In this document: in pieces, positions 54,201 through 64,000 of the stretch
Layout of the letters: the number at the start of each line of letters is the position of its first letter
Numbering within the stretch: position 1 is the stretch's first letter
NCBI GenBank assembly: GCA_964016885.1
Contig: OZ024740.1
Span: forward strand, 296,112,001 to 296,176,000
Reading direction: 5' to 3'
Length of the DNA stretch: 64,000 nucleotides
Origin: Eledone cirrhosa
Taxonomy: Eukaryota
The notes under the pieces: generated by a model
Databases searched by the model: none
Told to the model about the DNA's origin: nothing
Seen by the model: the letters and a program-made list of their open reading frames with translations, nothing else
Translations under genes and position numbers: made by a program

Positions 54201-57200
54201 TTTAAGGGAAAAAATGATGAAATTTTCGGCAAAAATTGACGACATTTTCGGAAAAAAATGACGAAAGTTTCGGGAAAAAATGCCTAAATTTTCGGGAAAA
54301 AAGGACGAAATTTTCGGTAAAAAGTGACGAAATTTTCTTTGAAAAATGCCGAAATTTTCGGGAAAAAACGTCGAAATTTTCGCTGAAACTGACGAAATTT
54401 TCGGGAAAAAATGATGAAATTTTTGGCAAAAATTGACTAAATTTTCCGGAAAAAATCACGAAATTTTCGGCAAAAAATGACGAAATTTTCGTGAAAAAAT
54501 GCCGAAATTTTCCGCAAAAATTGACTAAATTTTCGGGGGAAAATTGACGAAATTGTCGGTAAAAAATCAGGAATTTTTAGGCAAAAATTGACGAAATTTT
54601 CGGGAAAAATTGACGAAATTTTCGGGGGAAAATGCCGAAACTTTAGGGAAAAAAATGATAAAATTTTCGGCAAAAATTGACTACATTTTCGGGAAAAAAT
54701 GACGAAAGTTTCGGCAAAAAGTGACGAAATTTTCTTGGAAAAATGCCGAAATTTATCTGGAAAAAACGTCGAAATTTTCGGCAAAAATTGTTGAAATTTT
54801 CGGCTGAAATTGACGAAATTTTCGGGAAAAAATGATGAAATTTTCGGCAAAAAATGACGAAATTTTCGTGAAAAAATGCCGATATTTTCGGCAAAAATTG
54901 ACTAAATTTTCTGTAAAAATTGACGAAATTTTCGGTCAAAAATGAGGAATTTTTAGGCAAAAATTGACGAAATTTTCGGGAAAAAATGCAGAAATTTTAG
55001 GGTTAAAAATGATGAAATTTTCGGCAAGAATTGACGACATTTTCGGAAAAAAATGACGAAAGTTTCGGGAAAAAATGCCTAAATTTTCGGGAAAAAAGGA
55101 CGAAATTTTCGGTAAAAAGTGACGAAATTTTCGGCAAAAATTGACGAAATTTTCGGCAGAATTTGACGAAATTTTCTTCAAAAAAATCCGAAATTTTCGG
55201 CAAAAATTGACGTATTTTCGGGAAAAAACGCCGAAATTTTCGAGAAAAATGAAAAAATTTTCGGCCAAAATGACGAAATTTTCGGGAAAAACGACGAAAT
55301 TTTCGTGAAAAAATGCCCAAATGTTCGGAAAAAATGACGAAATTTTCGGCAAAAATTAGGAGGTAGAATCTTAGGGGGTAGAACCTTAGGAGGTAAAACC
55401 TTAGGAGGTAGAACCAAGGGGTAGAACCTTAGGGGGAATCCATTTTTTATTTCGGTGATCCATTTTCTATTTGGGGGATCCATTTTTTATTTCGGTGATC
55501 CATTTTTTATTTGGGTTATCCATTTTTTATTTGATGGATCTCCCAAATAAAAAATGGATCACCCAAATAAAAAATGGATCACCCAAATAAAAAATGGATC
55601 ACCCAAATAAAAACTTGATCCTCCAAATAAAAAATGGATCACCCAAATAAAAAATGGATCCCCCAAATAAAAAATGGATCCCCCAAATAAAAAATGGATC
55701 CCCCAAATAAAAAATGGATCACCCAAATAAAAACTGGATGCCCCAAATAAAAAATGGATCCCCCAAATAAAAAATTGATCACCCAAATAAAAAATGGATC
55801 GCCCAAATAAAAAATGGATCCAAAAAATTAAAAATGGATCACCCAAATAAAAAATGGATCCCTTTTTTATTTAGCGGATCCATTTTTTATTTCGGGGATC
55901 CATTTTTTATTTGGCTGATCCATTTTTTATTTGGGTGATCCATTCTTTATTTGGGGGATCCATTTTTATTTGGGTGATCCATTTTTAATTTGGGTGATCC
56001 ATTTTTTATTTGGGGGATCCATTTTTTATTTGGGTGATCCATTTTTTATTTGGGGCATCCATTTTTTATTTCGGTGATCCATTTTTTATTTGGGTGATCC
56101 ATTTTTTATTTGGGGGATCCATTTTTTATTTTGGGTGATCCATTTTTTATTTGGTGGATCCAATTTTTATTTGGGGGATCCATTTTTTATTTGGGTGATC
56201 CATTTTTTATTTGGGGTATCCATTTTTAATTTGGGTGATCCATTTTTTATTTGGGTGATCCATTTTTTATTTAAGGGATACATTTTTTATTTGGGGGATC
56301 CATTTTTTATTTGATGGATCTCCCAAATAAAAAATGGATCACCCAAATAAAAAATGGATCACCCAAATTGATGCTGAAATATTCTGGAAAAATTGACGAA
56401 ATTTTCTGAAAAAAATGCCGAAAGTTTAGGGAAAAAAATGATGAAATTTTCGGCAAAAATTGACGACATTTTCGGGAAAGAATTACGAAAGTTTCGGCAA
56501 AAAGTGACGAAATTTTCTGGAAAAAACGTCGAAATTTTCGGCAAAAATTGTTGAAATTTTCGGCTGAAATTGACGAAATTTTCGGGAAAAAATGATGAAA
56601 TTTTCGGCAAAAATTGACTAAATTTTCCGGAAAAAATCACGAAATTTTCGGCAAAAATGACGAAATTTTCGTGAAAAAATGCCTAAATTTTCCGCAAAAA
56701 TTGACGAAATTTTCGGTCAATAATGAGGAATTTTTAGGCAAAAATTGACGAAATTTTCGGGAAAAAATGCCGAAATTTTAGGGGAAAAAATAATGAAATT
56801 TTCGGCAAAAATTGACGACATTTTCGGGAAAAAATGACGAAAGTTTCGGGAAAAAATGCCTAAATTTTCGGGAAAAAAGGACGAAATTTTCGGTAAAAAG
56901 TGACGAGATTTTCGGCAAAAATTGACGAAATTTTCGGCAGAATTTGACGAAATTTTCTTCAAAAAAATCCGAAATTTTCGGCAAAAATTGACGATATTTT
57001 CGGGAAAAAACGCCGAAATTTTCGAGGAAAAATGAAAAGATTTTCGGCCAAAATGACGAAATTTTCGGGGAAAAACGACGAAATTTTCGTGAAAAAATGC
57101 CCAAATGTTCGGCAAAAAATGACGAAATTTTCGGCAAAAATTAGGAGGTAGAATCTTAGGGGGTAGAACCTTAGGAGGTAAAACCTTAGGAGGTAGAACC

Positions 57201-60200
57201 AAGGGGTAGAACCTTAGGGGGAATCCATTTTTTATTTCGGTGATCCATTTTCTATTTGGGGGATCCATTTTTTATTTCGGTGATCCATTTTTTATTTGGG
57301 TGATCCATTTTTTATTTGATGGATCTCCCAAATAAAAAATGGATCACCCAAATAAAAAATGGATCCCCCAAATAAAAAATGGATCACCCAAATAAAAAAT
57401 GGATCACCCAAATAAAAACTTGATCCTCCAAATAAAAAATTGATCACCCAAATAAAAAATGGATCCCCCAAATAAAAAATGGATCCCCCAAATAAAAAAT
57501 GGATCCCCCAAATAAAAAATGGATCACCCAAATAAAAACTGGATCCCCCAAATAAAAATTGGATCCCCCAAATAAAAAATTGATCACCCAAATAAAAAAT
57601 GGATCGCCCAAATAAAAAATGGATCCCAAAAATTAAAAATGGATCACCCAAATAAAAAATGGATCACCCAAATAAAAAATGGATACCCCAAATAAAAAAT
57701 GGATCACCCAAATAAAAAATGGACCCCCAAATAAAAAATGGATCACCCAAATAAAAAATGAATCACCCAAATAAAAAATGGATACCCAAATAAAAAATGG
57801 ATCACGCAAATAAAAAATGGATCCCCCAAATAAAAAATGGATCACCCAAATAAAAAATGGATCCCCCAAATAAAAAATGGATCACCCAAATAAAAAATGG
57901 ATCCCCCAAATAAAAAATGGATCCCCCAAATAAAAAATGGATCCCCCAAATAAAAAATGGATCACCCAAATTAAAAATGGATCACCCAAATAAAAAATGG
58001 ATCGCCCAAATAAAAAATGGATCACCCAAATAAAAAATGGATCACCCAAATAAAAAATGGATCCCCCAAATAAAAAATAGATCCCCCAAATAAAAAATGG
58101 ATCCCCCAAATAAAAAATGGATCACCCTAATAAAAAATGGATCACCCAAATAAAAAATGGATCCCCCAAATAAAAAATGGATCACCCTAATAAAAAATGG
58201 ATCCCCCCAAATAAAAAATGGATCACCCAAATAAAAAATGGATCCCTTTTTTATTTAGCGGATCCATTTTTTATTTCGGGGATCCATTTTTTATTTGGCT
58301 GATCCATTTTTTATTTGGGTGATCCATTCTTTATTTGGGGGATCCATTTTTTATTTGGGTGATCCATTTTTAATTTGGGTGATCCATTTTTTATTTGGGG
58401 GATCCATTTTTTATTTGGGTGATCCATTTTTTATTTGGGGGATCCATTTTTTATTTCGGTGATCCATTTTTTATTTGGGTGATCCATTTTTTATTTGGGG
58501 GATCCATTTTTTATTTGGGTGATCCATTTTTTATTTGGTGGATCCAATTTTTATTTGGGGGATCCTTTTTTTATTTGGGTGATCCATTTTTTATTTGGGG
58601 TATCCATTTTTAATTTGGGTGATCCATTTTTTATTTGGGTGATCCATTTTTTATTTGAGGGATACATTTTTTATTTGGGGGATCCATTTTTTATTTGATG
58701 GATCTCCCAAATAAAAAATGGATCACCCAAATAAAAAATGGATCACCCAAATTGATGCTGAAATATTCTGGAAAAAATGACGAAATTTTCTGGAAAAAAT
58801 GACGAAATTTTCTGGAAAAATTGACGAAATATTCTGGATAAATTGACGAAATATTCGTGAAAAATGTCGAAATTTTTTGGAAACAATGACGAAATTTTCG
58901 GGAAATATTGACGAAATTTTCTGTGAAAAATGCCGAAATTTTCGGGGAAAACGTCGAAATTTTCGGCAAAAATTGTTGAAATTTTCGGCAGAAATTGTTG
59001 AAATTTTCGGCTGAAACTGACGAAATTTTCGGGAAAAAATGACGAAATTTCCGGCAAAAATTTACGAAATTTTCATGAAAAAATGATGAAATTTTCTGTA
59101 AAAATTGACGAAAGTTTCGGGAAAAAATACTGAAATTTTCTGGAAAAAATGACGAAATTTTTAGCAAAAATGACGAAATTTTCTGGAAAAATTGACGAAA
59201 TATCCTGGATAAATTGACGAAATATTCGGCAAAAAATGTCGAAATTTTTTTGAAAAAATGACGAAATTATCGGCAAAAAATGATGAAATTTTCGGGAAAA
59301 ATTGACGAAATTTTCTTTGATAAATGCCGAAATTTTCGGGAAAAAACGTCGAAATTTTCGGCTGAAACTGACGAAATTTTCGGGAAAAAATGATGAAATT
59401 TTTGGCAAAAATTGACTAAATTTTCCGGAAAAAATGACGAAATATTCGGCAAAAAATGACGAAATTTTCGTGAAAAAATGCCGAAATTTTCCGCAAAAAT
59501 TGACTAAATTTTCGGGGAAAATTGACGAAATTTTCGGTAAAAAATCAGGAATTTTTAGGCAAAAATTGACGAAATTTTCGGGAAAAATTGACGAAATTTT
59601 CGGGGGAAAATGCCGAAACTTTAGGGAAAAAAATGATAAAATTTTCGGCAAAAATTGACTACATTTTCGGGAAAAAATGACGAAAGTTTCGGCAAAAAGT
59701 GACGAAATTTTCTTGGAAAAATGCCGAAATTTATCTGGAAAAAACGTCGAAATTTTCGGCAAAAATTGTTGAAATTTTCGGCTGAAATTGACGAAATTTT
59801 CGGGAAAAAATGATGAAATTTTCGGCAAAAATTGACTAAATTTTCCGGAAAAAATCACGAAATTTTCGGCAAAAAATGACGAAATTTTCGTGAAAAAATG
59901 CCGAAATTTTCCGCAAAAATTGACTAAATTTTCTGTAAAAATTGACGAAATTTTCGGTAAAAAATGAGGAATTTTTAGGCAAAAATTGACGAAATTTTCG
60001 GGAAAAAATGCCGAAATTTTAGGGGAAAAAATGATGAAATTTTCGGCAAAAATTGACGACATTTTCGGAAAAAAATGACGAAAGTTTCGGGAAAAAATGC
60101 CTAAATTTTCGGGAAAAAAGGACGAAATTTTCGGTAAAAAGTGACGAAATTTTCGGCAAAAATTGACGAAATTTTCGGCAGAATTTGACGAAATTTTCTT

Positions 60201-63200
60201 CAAAAAAATCCGAAATTTTCGGCAAAAATTGACGATATTTTCGGGAAAAAACGCCGAAGTTTTCGAGGAAAAATGAAAAAATTTTCGGCCAAAATGACGA
60301 AATTTTCGGGAAAAAACGACGAAATTTTCGTGAAAAAATGCCCAAATGTTCGGAAAAAATGACGAAATTTTCGGCAAAAATTAGGAGGTAGAATCTTAGG
60401 GGGTAGAACCTTAGGAGGTAAAACCTTAGGAGGTAGAACCAAGGGGTAGAACCTTAGGGGGAATCCATTTTTTATTTCGGTGATCCATTTTCTATTTGGG
60501 GGATCCATTTTTTATTTCGGTGATCCATTTTTTATTTGGGTTATCCATTTTTTATTTGATGGATCTCCCAAATAAAAAATGGATCACCCAAATAAAAAAT
60601 GGATCACCCAAATAAAAAATGGATCACCCAAATAAAAACTTGATCCTCCAAATAAAAAATGGATCACCCAAATAAAAAATGGATCCCCCAAATAAAAAAT
60701 GGATCCCCCAAATAAAAAATGGATCCCCCAAATAAAAAATGGATCACCCAAATAAAAACTGGATCCCCCAAATAAAAAATGGATCCCCCAAATAAAAAAT
60801 TGATCACCCAAATAAAAAATGGATCGCCCAAATAAAAAATGGATCCAAAAAATTAAAAATGGATCACCCAAATAAAAAATGGATCCCTTTTTTATTTAGC
60901 GGATCCATTTTTTATTTCGGGGATCCATTTTTTATTTGGCTGATCCATTTTTTATTTGGGTGATCCATTCTTTATTTGGGGGATCCATTTTTTATTTGGG
61001 TGATCCATTTTTAATTTGGGTGATCCATTTTTTATTTGGGGGATCCATTTTTTATTTGGGTGATCCATTTTTTATTTGGGGGATCCATTTTTTATTTCGG
61101 TGATCCATTTTTTATTTGGGTGATCCATTTTTTATTTGGGGGATCCATTTTTTATTTGGGTGATCCATTTTTTATTTGGTGGATCCAATTTTTATTTGGG
61201 GGATCCATTTTTTATTTGGGTGATCCATTTTTTATTTGGGGTATCCATTTTTAATTTGGGTGATCCATTTTTTATTTGGGTGATCCATTTTTTATTTGAG
61301 GGATACATTTTTTATTTGGGGGATCCATTTTTTATTTGATGGATCTCCCAAATAAAAAATGGATCACCCAAATAAAAAATGGATCACCCAAATTGATGCT
61401 GAAATATTCTGGAAAAATTGACGAAATTTTCTGGAAAAAATGCCGAAAGTTTAGGGAAAAAAATGATGAAATTTTCGGCAAAAATTGACGACATTTTCGG
61501 GAAAGAATGACGAAAGTTTCGGCAAAAAGTGACGAAATTTTCTGGAAAAAACGTCGAAATTTTCGGCAAAAATTGTTGAAATTTTCGGCTTAAATTGACG
61601 AAATTTTCGGGAAAAAATGATGAAATTTTCGGCAAAAATTGACTAAATTTTCCGGAAAAAATCACGAAATTTTCGGCAAAAATGACGAAATTTTCGTGAA
61701 AAAATGCCTAAATTTTCCGCAAAAATTGATTAAATTTTCTGTAAAAATTGACGAAATTTTCGGTCAATAATGAAGAATTTTTAGGCAAAAATTGACGAAA
61801 TTTTCGGGAAAAAATGCCGAAATTTTAGGGGAAAAAATAATGAAATTTTCGGCAAAAATTGACGACATTTTCGGGAAAAAATGACGAAAGTTTCGGGAAA
61901 AAATGCCTAAATTTTCGGGAAAAAAGGACGAAATTTTCGGTAAAAAGTGACGAGATTTTCGGCAAAAATTGACGAAATTTTCGGCAGAATTTGACGAAAT
62001 TTTCTTCAAAAAAATCCGAAATTTTCGGCAAAAATTGACGATATTTTCGGGAAAAAACGCCGAAATTTTCGAGGAAAAATGAAAAGATTTTCGGCCAAAA
62101 TGACGAAATTTTCGGGAAAAAACGACGAAATTTTCGTGAAAAAATGCCCAAATGTTCGGAAAAAATGACGAAATTTTCGGCAAAAATTAGGAGGTAGAAT
62201 CTTAGGGGGTAGAACCTTAGGAGGTAAAACCTTAGGAGGTAGAACCAAGGGGTAGAACCTTAGGGGGAATCCATTTTTTATTTCGGTGATCCATTTTCTA
62301 TTTGGGGGATCCATTTTTTATTTCGGTGATCCATTTTTTATTTGGGTGATCCACTTTTTATTTGATGGATCTCCCAAATAAAAAATGGATCACCCAAATA
62401 AAAAATGGATCCCCCAAATAAAAAATGGATCACCCAAATAAAAAATGGATCACCCAAATAAAAACTTGATCCTCCAAATAAAAAATTGATCACCCAAATA
62501 AAAAATGGATCCCCCAAATAAAAAATGGATCCCCCAAATAAAAAATGGATCCCCCAAATAAAAAATGGATCACCCAAATAAAAACTGGATCCCCCAAATA
62601 AAAAATGGATCACCCAAATAAAAAATTGATCACCCAAATAAAAAATGGATCGCCCAAATAAAAAATGGATCCAAAAAATTAAAAATGGATCACCCAAATA
62701 AAAAATGGATCACCCAAATAAAAAATGGATACCCCAAATAAAAAATGGATACCCAAATAAAAAATGGATCACGCAAATAAAAAATGGATCCCCCAAATAA
62801 AAAATGGATCACCCAAATAAAAAATGGATCCCCCAAATAAAAAATGGATCACCCAAATAAAAAATGGATCCCCCAAATAAAAAATGGATCACCCAAATAA
62901 AAAATGGATCCCCCAAATAAAAAATGGATCCCCCAAATAAAAAATGGATCCCCCAAATAAAAAATGGATCACCCAAATTAAAAATGGATCACCCAAATAA
63001 AAAATGGATCGCCCAAATAAAAAATGGATCACCCAAATAAAAAATGGATCACCCAAATAAAAAATGGATCCCCCAAATAAAAAATAGATCCCCCAAATAA
63101 AAAATGGATCCCCCAAATAAAAAATGGATCACCCTAATAAAAAATGGATCACCCAAATAAAAAATGGATCCCCCAAATAAAAAATGGATCACCCTAATAA

Positions 63201-64000
63201 AAAATGGATCCCCCCAAATAAAAAATGGATCACCCAAATAAAAAATGGATCCCTTTTTTATTTAGCGGATCCATTTTTTATTTCGGGCATCCATTTTTTA
63301 TTTGGCTGATCCATTTTTTATTTGGGTGATCCATTCTTTATTTGGGGGATCCATTTTTTATTTCGGTGATCCATTTTTAATTTGGGTGATCCATTTTTTA
63401 TTTGGGGGATCCATTTTTTATTTGGGTGATCCATTTTTTATTTGGGGGATCCATTTTTTATTTCGGTGATCCATTTTTTATTTGGGTGATCCATTTTTTA
63501 TTTGGGGGATCCATTTTTTATTTGGGTGATCCATTTTTTATTTGGTGGATCCAATTTTTATTTGGGGGATCCATTTTTTACTTGGGTGATCCATTTTTTA
63601 TTTGGGGTATCCATTTTTAATTTGGGTGATCCATTTTTTATTTGGGTGATCCATTTTTTATTTGAGGGATACATTTTTTATTTGGGGGATCCATTTTTTA
63701 TTTGATGGATCTCCCAAATAAAAAATGGATCACCCAAATAAAAAATGGATCACCCAAATAAAAAATGGATCACCCAAATTGATGCTGAAATATTATGGAA
63801 AAAATGACGAAATTTTCTGGAAAAAATGACGAAATTTTTGGAAAAATTGACGAAATATTCTGGATAAATTGACGAAATATTCGTGAAAAATGTCGAAATT
63901 TTTTGGAAACAATGACGAAATTGTCGTCAAAAAATGACGAAATTTTCGGGAAATTTTGACGAAATTTTCTGTGAAAAATGCCGAAATTTTCGGGGAAAAC
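42204..64000. repeat. Composite satellite with a ~5-kb higher-order repeat: monomer A (~21-22 bp, gacgaaattttcggcaaaaatt), monomer B (20 bp, ggatcacccaaataaaaaat, both orientations) and monomer C (15 bp, ttaggaggtagaacc)
   Basis: C blocks start at 43001, 46219, 49715, 51502, 55356, 57141, 60381 and 62187. Diagnostic monomer variants recur in the same order. The distance 57141 to 62187 is 5046 bp. Confidence 0.97.

Noticed and set aside
42204-64000. Many long ORFs (up to 434 aa; F/K/I/S-rich or GDPFFIW repeats)
   Set aside because: They are translations of satellite monomers that lack stop codons on one strand. They overlap in several frames and show no domain signal.

Overview
AT-rich eukaryotic DNA with no intact host gene that I can identify. 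The SINE repertoire resembles that of octopus or other coleoid cephalopods (inference, not a database result). 1-5.57 kb is a very long degenerate (TA)n tract. 5.6-42.0 kb is dominated by decayed transposons. It holds about 25 copies of a tRNA-derived SINE, several in arrays separated by locus-specific direct repeats. It also holds RTE and Jockey/CR1-like LINE fragments, a 3.1-kb Helitron lacking its Rep domain, an internally deleted Hsmar2-like mariner, a pogo-like MITE, several long inverted repeats next to (TA)n, and a 98-bp x7 tandem repeat. After a 200-N scaffold gap (42004-42203), the rest of the window is one composite satellite. It is built from a 21-22-bp monomer, a 20-bp monomer arranged in inverted blocks, and a TTAGG-containing 15-bp monomer, ordered into a ~5-kb higher-order repeat. 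The most interesting items are that palindromic three-monomer satellite, the self-regenerating SINE insertion arrays, and a twin-priming-type 5'-inverted RTE LINE whose target-site duplication was later split by the Helitron.
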